Source: Macrostomum hystrix (taxonomy: Eukaryota > Animalia > Platyhelminthes). Taken from it: a stretch of 64,000 bases of DNA. Below are positions 25,713 through 37,384 of the stretch, piece after piece. Under the pieces are notes generated by a model. The model ran no database searches. It was not told the origin of the DNA and was given only the letters and a program-made list of their open reading frames with translations. A program made the position numbers and the translations under genes. Numbering within the stretch: position 1 is the first letter of the stretch; each line of letters begins with the position of its first letter. Where the stretch lies: the NCBI GenBank assembly GCA_950097015.1, contig CATNEN010000029.1, forward strand, positions 1,240,001 through 1,304,000, read 5' to 3'.

Positions 25713-26510
25713 CTGCTGCTTCTGCTGCTGTAATTTAGTTTTCTGAGCCTCTGAATTCTTGAGGTTGGTCGACTAAGTCACTGGATTATGGCAATAAACT
25801 GAAGCACCACAGACTGACACACTGAAGCTCCACAGACTGACACACTGAAGCTCCACAGACTGACACACTGAAGCTCCACAGACTGACACACTGAAGCTCC
25901 ACAGACTGACACACTGAAGCTCCACAGACTGACACACTGAGGCTCCACAGACTGACACACTGAAGCTCCACAGACTGGCACATTGGAGCACCACATAATT
26001 TTCTTTCTTTTCATCTACCTGCTCGTCTATAGTGGAAGTCGTCGGCAGTTCAGCAGATGCCCCGTTCTTCATCAACAACACGGCTGGTGCAGGCGCTAGG
26101 CCCGCTTCACTTTCTAATTTGACGATGATTTTACGCGATTCTTCTAATAAAATTGGGCGCGATTTTAAATTCTCCAGATCATTCCGGGCGTCAGTGTGTC
26201 GCTCCAACAGCTGCAGCGTCTCGTCGAGCTCCTCAAAGCTCCAATTGACGTCGCTTCGGACGGAGCCTGCTGGTTTAAAATTGTCATTCGACAATCAAAC
26301 TATAGTGCTGATGCAGAGCAAGAAAGCCGGGAAGCTCAAAGCCAGCTCACCATTTAGAACCTGGAGACTGTACTCCATTGCCTCAGTCCGTGAGCCTGCG
26401 TCACGAAGCTGTCGCATAGCTCGCCAATCGTCCGCGGTTGCTAGCAGGCGCTGTTCCGCAGTGTCAGCCTGCTGCTGATCCAACATGAACGGATCTGTCA
26501 TGCCTTCAAT
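25341..26510 (-). CDS. Unknown coiled-coil/polyQ protein with a C-terminal transmembrane segment (3' exons; 5' end not resolved)
   Basis: Exons 26510-26351, 26266-26019, 25772-25341 have consistent phases (0/1/0) and canonical sites. The last exon has polyQ then LWLSISLVVALVLMVLFALSM. Confidence 0.6.
25797..25980. repeat. 23-bp intronic minisatellite, ~8 copies
   Basis: Unit ctgaagctccacagactgacaca. Confidence 0.9.
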
Positions 26511-26830
26511 CTGGTTGCTGTTTGGAGCAAGATTAGTCCTAGTTATGTTTTTCTGTGCTCAAAGTTGTCTCATGCCTGTCAAAATGACCAGGTGTCCCTA
26601 GTTTGGAGTGCAATGAAAAAATAAGTAATGCAGAGAGAGATTGCACATTATCTAATCAGCCTCAGAGATTCCCTTGCAGACCTGAAAGAAGCAGCAAAGC
26701 CTGTGCGACTGACTCCAGACACACCTTTACTATCACGCCTGACCAAACTGCGTGGCTTCAAAGCTCAGTCAGAATTCTCAGATTTCCAATTTATTCTTTT
26801 TGAGTTTTCTGCAAGGTATATTACACATAT

Positions 26831-27136
26831 GTGCACACAAGCACACACACAAGCACACACACACAAGCACACACACACAAGAACACACACACAAGAACAC
26901 ACACACAAGCACACACACACACAAGCACACACACACAAGCACACACACACACAAGCACACACACACACAAGCACACACACACACAAGCACACACACACAC
27001 ACAAGCACACACACAAGCACACACACACACAAGCACACACACACACAAGCACACACACACACAAGCACACAAGCACACACACACACAAGCACACACACAC
27101 ACAAGCACACACACAAACACACACACACAAGCACAC
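26831..27136. repeat. Compound (CA)n / CACAAG microsatellite
   Basis: gcacacacacacaa repeats. Confidence 0.95.
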
Positions 27137-27490
27137 AGAAATTACTCCAACCCAGCAGTTTCTCTGCACTTTTACCATCATTCGCGTATTTATTTTAGTT
27201 TAATTGATCTCTAAATATGTTAACCATTTGTAAAATAATTGCGGATCTGACAAGATTACAGCACTGCAGGCCTTGGAGAGAAAGACGGCAGTTTACCAGA
27301 GCAAAAGCCGGCCTTAGACAATGCCAGATTAGGCCAGGGGTCCATGAATTCTAGATGAAGCTCACTGACCCCTGCCCAGCCTCTCAGTTTCCCACTGGGC
27401 CGACAATCTCAGCTTAATTAATCAAGGCGGAGGAGGGTGGGCCTCCCACATCTGTGCCAGTGCCGACTGGCCTGTACACTGAACAGTGAG

Positions 27491-27498
27491 TATATAAA
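27491..27498 (+). promoter_or_regulatory. Candidate TATA box upstream of fascin
   Basis: TATATAAA about 1 kb upstream of the fascin ATG; an intervening donor (28152) and acceptor (~28538) suggest a spliced 5' UTR. Inference. Confidence 0.35.
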
Positions 27499-28562
27499 GA
27501 GACTGCGCATCTGACAGAAAACGTTCCGATCATCGGACCTTCAGAACAAGTTGCTTTCCCAGAGTATCGAGTGTCAGCTAGCGCCATCCAGCGGTCATGA
27601 TAGTGACCCTCGCTTCTCTATTTTCACTTTCCCCTGTCTCATTTGTGCGAGTATTTCGTGTGAGCGCGCGCCGAGTAATCGCATGAGCGACTGCAATTTG
27701 AAACTCTGAGAGCGGCTGAAACAGAGAAAGTGAGAGAGAGGCTCAAAAAGACTGGAATCGGCTATGTTTCCTGGGCTGTTGCTGTTGTTGTAGCAGTTTT
27801 AAAAGGCCAGCTAACACTTACAATTGGCTAAGGTTACAGAGCTGTGTTGCCTTCTTCTTCCGTTCCTGATTTTTCTCTGTGGCCCAGACTCGGCGTATTT
27901 AAAACAGCGGACTCGTCGTTTAACTCAGAAAAAGCAGCAATTAAAAAGTGAGTGAGAGAGGAAACGAGCAGAAAAGAGCTAAATGAAGTCCTAAGGCACT
28001 CTTAACTGCGACCATTTCGCCGACTGGCAATCAAGAAAGTGCAGCCCTTGTTAATTTGTCTTCTGAAAAAAAAGCAAAATGGATCCAAACACATTTGTGA
28101 AGAAGAAGACCGCCAACACTTACTACTTTGGCAGGCCGTTGAACTCTGTCCAGGTGAGAAAGCTGCACTATTATTCCCATTTTGTTACTTAGTTAGGGAT
28201 TTCAGTGTGGGCAGCCGCATTTCCAATCTACTCAGCACGAAATGCAGGGCGATGGGGCTAGAGATATGATAGCCTTTCATCAATGGGCGTGGCTCAAACG
28301 AGGGAGAAAGTGCTCAGGCTGAGTAGGCGTGCCTTCAGACGCGGCGGGCGCTTGCGTGGGTGGGTCGGTCAAGCCAAGCCGCGTCTTCACAATGACGGCC
28401 TATATGATTAAGCGATACATATGCGCGAGTTGCAGTTGATTTGTCTTTATATGCGAGACTAATACAACTGAAGACTGTAACTATAACACTAACAATTTTA
28501 TTTGTCATGTCTTTGACTTAAAATAATTCTATTCACAGATAATACCCGCTGCTTCAAGCGGC

Positions 28563-28605
28563 ATGTCTCAGCAACAGCAGCAGCAGCAACAGCAGAAGCA
28601 GCTGG

Positions 28606-28636
<31 letters not shown>

Positions 28637-28641
28637 GCTGG

Positions 28642-28672
<31 letters not shown>

Positions 28673-31600
28673 AGCTTTTCAAATGCCATCAAAGATAAAT
28701 CAACAGCAGCAGCAAAAGCAGCAGCAACAGTCGCTAGTAGCAACGTCACACCTGCTGCCGCCGCCGCAGCCGCAGCAGATTGTGATCAAGAAGACGCAGC
28801 TGCCGCAGCCTTCGTCAGCGCCGCAGCCGCTAGCCCAACTTCGGGCGTCGAAGGAGAACGGCTTCTCCGCCACCGCCACCGCCGCGTCCGCGTTCTCCGA
28901 CCCGTTCGAGTCTCTGAAATGGAAGATTGGCCTGCGCAACGCCAGCGGTCGGTACCTCACAGCCGAGCCGTTCGGCTACAAGCTGAACGTGTCGGGCTCC
29001 GCGCTGAGGCAGCGCCAGACCTGGGTGGCTGTCCCGGATCCCGCGAGCGAGTGCCTGTACTTCAGGTCGCATCTGGGCCGATTTCTGTCGGCCGATTCAG
29101 ACGGAAATGTCGCCTGTAGCCGGGAGAAGCCGGGCGTCGAGGAGCGCTTTCTGGTGGAGCGAAACAGCCGCGATGCCCGGCTGTGGGCCCTGCGCAGCCT
29201 GCAATACGGCTACTACCTGGCCGGGGAGGAGGACCGGCTGCACTGCTTCGCCAAGGCGCCAGCTTGGTGGACCTGCCATCTGGCGCTGCACCCGCAGGTA
29301 CGGAGGACCCGCTGGGAGCCTGCGGGCATTTTGGGGAGGCAGCTTGAAACCCATTAGCTTGAGCTTCGGGCTACTGACCGAGAGAGCTCGATTCCGCGTC
29401 GAGGCCACATTCATTTGGGGCGCAGCCGCGGAGAGAAGGCTTGAGGGGCTTGTCGTGCAATTTACGGCCAACCTCCAAGGCACAGTGCAGTGTACACTGC
29501 ATGACGACGAGAAAGTCAGGGCAGATGTACACACCTGTGTGAGCGTGTGCCTGCGTACAGTATATGTGTGCGTGTGTGCTCAGGAGTCAGCGAAATGGGC
29601 AGAATTGCCTCCTCGCTGGCTGCAGGTCTATTGTCACCAAACGGTGTGCAACTGCACGCAGCCCTCCTGCAAATTATTATTATTATTATTATTATTATTG
29701 GTATTGCTATTTGGATGGGTGAGTGCAATGGTGGCCCTGAGTCCACGGACTGACCAGGTGTACGCAGCCTTTGGAAGCGCCGCACGCAATAGCTGCGGCT
29801 GTGGCACAGGCTGTACCATATAAATGAGTATAAATGAGTATTTTCTCTCTTCCTTCTGAGGGGAGATAGGCAGATTATCAATAAGTACGAGGGGGGCGGT
29901 GACAGCTGATTTAATCCCAATGCGCGCAGGTGCACGTGAAGAACCTGAACCGCGGCCGCTACCTTCGTCTGGATGTTGACGACGACGAAGCCGAAGCCGG
30001 GTCGGATGAGGCCGACGATGACGGCCTCGGTGGCTCAGTCGGCAGCCGGCAGCTGCTCTGCGACCGCTGCAACCCGTGGGGCCCGGGCGCGCTCATCACA
30101 CTGCAGCAGCAGCCGGACGGTCGGGTGGCCATCAGAGCCTCGGACGGCAGTCTCCTGACGGGCAATGGCCGGCTAGTGGACGAGCTGTCCGAGCGGACCC
30201 TGTTCTGCCTGGAGCTGCGGGCCGGGCCCAGCTCGGGCCTGGCGTTTCGCGACTCGGCCGGGCGCTACCTCACGAATATAGGCGCGCTGGGCCTGGCCCG
30301 CACTAAGAACACCTCGGCTGGCCGGGACGAGCTGTACGTGCTGGAGGACAGCTTCCCGCAGGTGGCCGTGCAGGCATTCAACGGGCGATACGCCAGCATT
30401 CGGCAAGGTAAATCAAAGCTAATTGGCTTCCGGCTTTTAACAATCTGTATAGTATAATAGTAAGAATAATAATGGCATGGTCAATCCAGGGAAATGATGG
30501 GAATGGGATGGGAAATATGTTATAAAATTAATACCTGACTTGCCTATCTAATCTAAACTGATCGAATGGCAGGCCAGGATCTCAACGCCAACCAGACGGA
30601 CATTGGTGACACCGAGACCTACCAGCTGGAGTTCCAGTCTGGCCGGTGGCGCTTCCGCACACGCGACGACAAATTCTGGCGTCTGTCCGCCATCGGGACG
30701 GGGATTAGCGGCAATGGGGAGGCGAGGTGGGTGCCTAAATATTGCTCGGAAGTACTACCATTGAAGTATTTGAAGTGGCTGTGGGTATTGGCACATCATT
30801 TGGCGACGATTATTCCACTGATCCTTGAGTACACACTCACACAGGAGTGTACACCTCTCCTGGCTTGGCCCCCTAGATTGGCCCCTTTATGGGCGTAAAA
30901 TTACACGACCAGCGCCCAAGCCTCCCCCAAATGAATGTGGCCTCGCCGCGGAATCGAACTCAGGGACCTTGGCGCCTGACAGAATCAGTTAGTATGGAGT
31001 AACACGTAATGTATTATAGTATTGAAGACTCATTGGAGGATCGCCACCTCTGGCTCCCGGCTTATCAACAGGGACCAGTCGACTCTGTTCGAGATGCAGC
31101 CGCTGCCCCGCGGCCGGGTGTCCTTGAAGTGCTCAAACGGCGGCTACCTGGCCGCCAAGAAGCTCGGCGCGTTGAACGCCGCCGCCCCGGCAGGTGCCGA
31201 ACCTGGCCGTCGGCCTGAGGAGGAGCAGTTCCGCCTGGTGCTGCTCAACCGACCGGTGCTGGTGTTCCGCTGCGGCTACGGCTTCGTTGGGGTTCGCGGA
31301 GCCCGCCTGGAGTGCAACCTGGGCAGCTACGACATGTTCCAGCTGGAGCACTCAGAGAACGGATACTTCATCAAGAGTGAGTGAGAAATCAGATGGGATT
31401 GGGGAGAAATCAGATTGGATTGAGAGAAATAAAATTGGATTGGGAGAATCAGATTGGATTGGGGAGAAATCAGATTGGTTTGGGGAGAAATCAGGTCAGG
31501 AGAAAGCGGATTGGATTGTGTAAAAGCAGATTGGATTGGGGAGAAATCAGATTGGATTGGGGAGAAATCAGATTGGAGTGAAAAAATCAGATTTGATTTG

Positions 31601-32035
31601 GGAGGAATCTGATTTAAGTGGGGAGAAACCAGATTGGATTGGGGAGAAATCAGATTGGATTGGGAAGAAATCAAATTGGATTAGGAGAAATCAGATTACA
31701 ATTGGAAGAAATCAGATTTGATTTGGGAGAAATCTGATTTAAGTGGGGAGAAATCAGATTGGATTGGGGAGAAGTCGGGAGTAGTATGCAATGCGACTGT
31801 GCTATAAATTTTTTTTCTCATCAACCACGCAGGCTCCGAAGGCTACTGGAGCATTCTCGGCGATGCCAGCATCAGCTTCAGGAGCTGCCGGCCAGAGGAG
31901 TTCGTGTTCGAGTTCTGCAACCGCTCCTGCGTGGCCATCCTCGGGCAGAACGGCTGCTACGTGCGCGGCGAGCAGAACGGCACCATGCGGGCGGACTCGG
32001 CCACCATCACTGACAACTGCCTGTGGGAGTACTGA
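28563..32035 (+). CDS. FSCN: Fascin (four beta-trefoil actin-bundling protein), ~624 aa, with a Q/P-rich N-terminal extension
   Basis: Exons 28563-29297, 29930-30407, 30573-30726, 31072-31376, 31833-32035 (1875 nt, phases consistent). Motifs YLTAEPFGYKLN, RSHLGRFLSAD, RQGQDLNANQ, LLNRPVLVF, CLWEY*. Confidence 0.96.
29385..29700 (+). mobile_element. SINE family A copy in fascin intron 1, with (ATT)n tail
   Basis: gagctcgattccgcgtcgaggccacattcatttggggcgcagccgcggagagaagg ... tgcaaattattattatt. Confidence 0.8.
30890..30975 (-). mobile_element. SINE family A fragment in fascin intron 3
   Basis: Reverse strand ccctgagttcgattccgcggcgaggccacattcatt, with a canonical B box. Confidence 0.7.
31383..31770. 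repeat. Degenerate ~21-bp minisatellite in fascin intron 4
   Basis: Unit ggggagaaatcagattggatt. Confidence 0.9.
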
Positions 32036-32850
32036 CCTGGATGGACTGAATCGCGTGCCCAGATGACCTGGATTGACCCACTAGATTGACCCACTAAATG
32101 AACTGGATTGACCCACAAGATTGACCTGGATTGACCCACAAGATTGACCTGGATTGACCCAAAAGATTGACCTGGATTGACCCACAAGATTGACCTGGAT
32201 TGACCCACAAGATTGACCTGGATTGACCCACTATAGATGACCTGGATTGACCCACAAGATTGACCTGGATTGACCCACAAGATTGACCTGGATTGACCCA
32301 GTAGATGACCTGGATTGACCCACAAGATTGACCTGGATTGACCCACTAGATGACCTGGATTGACCCACAAGATTGACCTGGATTGACCCACTATAGATGA
32401 CCTGGATTGACCCACAAGATTGACCTGGATTGACCCACTATAGATGACCTGGATTGACCCACAAGATTGACCTGGATTGACCCACTATTGATGAGCTGGA
32501 TTGACCCACAAGATTGACCTGGATTGACCCACTATAGATGAACTAGATTGACCCACTAAATGACCTGGATTGACCCACTAGATGACCTGGATTGACCCAC
32601 AAGATTGACCTGGGTTGACCCACTATAGATGACCTGGATTGACCCACTAGATGACCTGGATTGACCCACTAGATGACCTGGATTGACCCACTAGATTGAC
32701 CTGGATTGACCCACAAGATTGACATGGATTGACCCACTATAGATGAACTAGATTGACCCACTAAATGACCTGGATTGACCCTCTATAGATGACCTGGATT
32801 GACCCACTAGATGACCTGGATAAGCCGCATTAGATTACCCACTAGATTAA
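32036..32850. repeat. 22-24-bp minisatellite starting right after the fascin stop codon
   Basis: Unit gattgacctggattgacccacaa and variants. Confidence 0.93.
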
Positions 32851-33421
32851 CCCATTAGATTACCTTTAGAAGCTACCAGGCTTGAGTAACTTTATAGTGA
32901 TTAATTTCGCTTTTTAATACATTCCGATGGATCCAGTTTATCAGGAATCGAGGCAATTCTCATTGAAGCGGTTTGGACTTAGGAGTTAAAAAATCTTTTC
33001 ATTATCACAGCGTGTAATCGATTGATCGATTGATATACAGTTTATCAATGTCAAGCACTTACAATTCTGCAAGCAGATATTTTGGCGCAGTTTTAGCACC
33101 GTCAAGTGATGATTTTCACTTCATACGCATTCACTGACTATACTACTAAATAAGTAGGCAAATATTAAATAACACTAACTCGTGATTCGTATTAAGCAAA
33201 ACATATTTATCGATGCCCGTTTGTCGAGTGCACTGAAGTGTTACTGAAGATTGTAATGTGCTGTAGCTATCGTGTATTACCCGAGTCACCTGTTTTGTTT
33301 TATTATAAACGTCAAAAAATAAGAAAACTAATTTTCAGCACAAATAATGGACCAAAAGTCCATCCACTTCACATAGATTTTGTCAAAGAAAATAACTACA
33401 GCTTATAAGCCTGGGACTTCC

Positions 33422-33854
33422 TTCACTGACTGATGACTGCACACCCCATGATACATCACTGACTGATGACTGCACACCCCATGATGCATCACTGACTGAT
33501 GACTGCACACCCCATGATGCATCACTGACTGATGACTGCACACCCCATGATACATCACTGACTGATGACTGCACACCCCATGATACATCACTGACTGATG
33601 ACTGCACACCCCATGATACATCACTGACTGATGACTGCACAAAACATGATACATCACTGACTGATGACTGCACACCCCATGATACATCACTGACTGATGA
33701 CTGCACACACCATGATGCATCACTGACTGATGACTGCACACCCCATGATGCATCACTGACTGATGACTGCACACCCCATGATGCATCACTGACTGATGAC
33801 TGCACACCCCATGGTGCATCACTGACTGATGACTGCACACCCCATGATGCATCA
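33422..33854. repeat. 33-bp minisatellite, ~13 copies
   Basis: Unit cactgactgatgactgcacaccccatgatacat. Confidence 0.95.
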
Positions 33855-34412
33855 GTGGTTGAGACTAAATACTAGCAGTCAAGACCGGTGCTAAATAGTA
33901 AAGCTTGATTAACCAAATATGCATTTGACAAGCAATCAAATGAGGGATGCAAAGGCTAGCTAGTATATTAAAGTTTGGATAGACAAAATTGCGGTAATCT
34001 ATCGAGTAATCTATCGATTAGTCTAATCTATTTAGTCTGAATAGACAAAAAACATGCTTAAGCCCAGAATGTCTCTGCATCGTGAACTAATAATCGAGCC
34101 ATATTAAATAGCGCAAGAGAATAGACAGGCAATCAAATAAAGATGTGCACAGGTAAGTAACAAAAAAGTAGCTATTTTCCTGTGCAGCACGTACTACTTA
34201 TGATTTCTTTATCAGTAGTACTGCACAGTAAGATATTGAAAACTCAATTAGTAAACAAAACAGTAATAAACCTGTACTAAGCACACAAGCGACTGACAAC
34301 CAAAAATTCAGATGGGTCATGGAAAACTGCTCCGTTGTTTTTTAGCGAATTCGAATTCTAAGATTTGAAATTTCGTTGATCAAAACACGTAATTTAAAAA
34401 ATATACATAGAG

Positions 34413-34960
34413 GTCTGATCTAGAGACGCCTGATCTAGAGACGCCTGATCTAGAGATGCCTTATCTAGAGACGCCTGATCTAGAGACGCCTGATCTAGAG
34501 ACGCCTGAACTAGAGACGCCTGATCTAGAGACGTTTCTCTATAGACTGATCTAGAGATGTTTGATCTAGAGACGTCTGATCTAGAGACGTCTGATCTAGA
34601 GACGCCTGATCTAGAGATGTGTGATCTAGAGACGTTTCTCTATAGACTGATCTAGAGATGTTTGATCTAGAGACGTCTGATCTAGAGACGTCTGATCTAG
34701 AGACGCCTGATCTAGAGACGCCTGATCTAGAGACGCCTGATCTAGAGACGCCTGAACTAGAGACGCCTGATCTAGAGACGTTTCTCTATAGACTGATCTA
34801 GAGATGTTTGATCTGGAGACGTCTGATCTAGAGACATATGACATAATAGAGTCGCGTGATCTAGAGATGTGTGATCTAGAGACGTCTTATCTAGAGACGT
34901 CTGATCTAGAGACGTCTGATCTAGAGACGTCTGATCTATTGAAACTGATCTAGGGATGCC
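34413..34960. repeat. 15-bp minisatellite
   Basis: Unit gatctagagacgcct / gatctagagacgtct. Confidence 0.93.
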
Positions 34961-36159
34961 TGATGAAGGTTATATCTCTGTGAAACGATACGGAAGACAG
35001 AAGAGGTCTTAAATATTCAATATTAGTCACTTTTTTAATTTACTCGCTTCATTTTTACGAAGAAGTTAATGACGCGAAAAGGTGACGCTTTATCCACGAC
35101 ACAAGCAATATTGAGGCCTTTTAAAATTCAAGCTTACTGTGCGTCTGTTTCCATAGCAAATTGACGATAGAAATTTGACTTAACACGAGGAGGGAAGATT
35201 ATTCGTTGACAAAAAAATAGAATGCAATTTGACAGGCAAAAAAATAATTCTGACATATGCGACGAATCATAATTCAGTAGCCGAATGCAAATATACCTAC
35301 TAGCAATAGTGTGATAGGCAAAATCTACCACATAAACAAGAAAGAAATACTATAAATAGCTTTCATAATCTTCTTGCCTATCAGAAGCTATTTAGGAAAC
35401 CTGCTGGGTAATTAATGAATACGTCTTAGCAGATGATTGAATACAATCTTAGAAGCCTCAAGGAAAATACGAAAAGAAAGCAGCACTGGTGAGGTTATGG
35501 TTTAAGAAGTAGAATATAATAAGACATTGTGGCGTTTGGTTAAAAATGACTCTGCGAATCGCATGTAAGTCAGGAGACGGCTAAACAAAACAAAATATGT
35601 CATATTTGAATTTTACACGTGTGATCTAGGGGCCTCTGATCTAGAGACGTCATGTTTAGAGAACTCGGATCTAGAGGCGCGTGACTTTATCTACAGACAT
35701 TAAAAAAACTTAATTTTTAGGACATTGTGGCATTCGGCTAGACAAAGAAAAATTAATTTGTGAATTAGCAAAAAAATTAAAAACTTTAAACACAAAAATA
35801 TACAGCTTTTTGTACAATCGGTGCGCGAAAAGAACGATGGCAGACCAACGAAATTGGATATAGCTCTGCGATCTTAAAAAATCCATTCTCACACTATACT
35901 ACTCGGATGGGGATTATGGTACGGAACTTAAAAATAAAGTAAAACAAATCAATAAAGATCAATGCGATGATATTAGCAAACAATCAGATCAGATAGGACT
36001 AGCTCTAACTGGAATTTAGATCTCTTTAACAACGCCTACTTGCACACTGTGTACTATAAATATCTCTTAAGCGACACAGTGAGTAAATGAAGGTTGTCAG
36101 ACATGTTTTTTAAGTATTTGAAATTTTGGTGCAATTTGGTGCACTAAGGGATCTACCAT

Positions 36160-37276
36160 CGGGATCATTAGATCGGGATCATTAGATCGGGATCATTAGA
36201 TCGGGATCATTAGATCGGGATCATTAGATCGGGATCATTAGATCGGGATCATTAGATCGGGATCTTTAGATCGGGATCATTAAATCGGGATCATTAAATC
36301 GGGATCATTAGATCGGGATCATTAAATCGGGATCATTAAATCGGGATCATTAGATCGGGATCATTAAATCGGAATCATTTGATCGGGATCGTTAGATCGG
36401 GATCGTTAGATCGGGATCATTAGATCGGGATCATTAAATCGGGATCTTTTGATCGGGATCGTTAGATCGGGATCATTAGATCGGGATCATTAGATCGGGA
36501 TCATTTAAATCGGGATCATTAAATCGGGATCATTAAATCGGGATCATTAGATCGGGATCATTAGATCGGGATCATTAGATCGGGATCATTAGATCGGGAT
36601 CATTAGATCGGGATCATTAGATCGGGATCATTAGATCGGGATCTTTAGATCGGGATCATTAAATCGGGATCATTAAATCGGGATCATTAGATCGGGATCA
36701 TTAAATCGGGATCATTAAATCGGGATCATTAGATCGGGATCATTAAATCGGGATCATTAGATCGGGATCATTAGATCGGGATCATTAGATCGGGATCATT
36801 AGATCGGGATCTTTAGATCGGGATCATTAAATCGGGATCATTAAATCGGGATCATTAGATCGGGATCATTAAATCGGGATCATTAAATCGGGATCATTAG
36901 ATCGGGATCATTAAATCGGGATCATTAGATCGGGATCATTAAATCGGGATCATTAAATCGGGATCATTAGATTGGGATCATTAAATCGGGATCATTTGAT
37001 CGGGATCGTTAGATCGGGATAATTAGATCGGGATCATTAAATCGGGATCTTTTGATCGGGATCGTTAAATCGGGATCATTAGATCGGGATCATTAGATCG
37101 GGATCATTAGATCGGGATCATTAAATCGGGATCATTAAATCGGGATCATTAGATCGGGATCATTAGATCGGGATCATTAGATCGGGATCATTAGATCGGG
37201 ATCATTAGATCGGGACCATTAGATCGGGATCATTAGATCGGGATCATTAGATCGGGATCATTAGATCGGGATCTTT
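36160..37276. repeat. 14-bp minisatellite, ~80 copies, just downstream of the LRSAM1 stop
   Basis: Unit gatcgggatcatta. Confidence 0.97.
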
Positions 37277-37384
37277 AGAAATTTCTATAGAAAGGCAGTA
37301 AAAAATATTACATGGCGATATAGTAACCATCGGTGGAGTCCATTAATCAGCACAGACGCACACAGCGTGGCCTGAAGCGGAACT

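Noticed and set aside
26628-26820. Protein-like + strand frame (EIAHYLISLRDSLADLKEAAK...)
   Set aside because: No recognisable family, runs into a microsatellite, and lies opposite/upstream of a minus-strand gene; no partner exons found.
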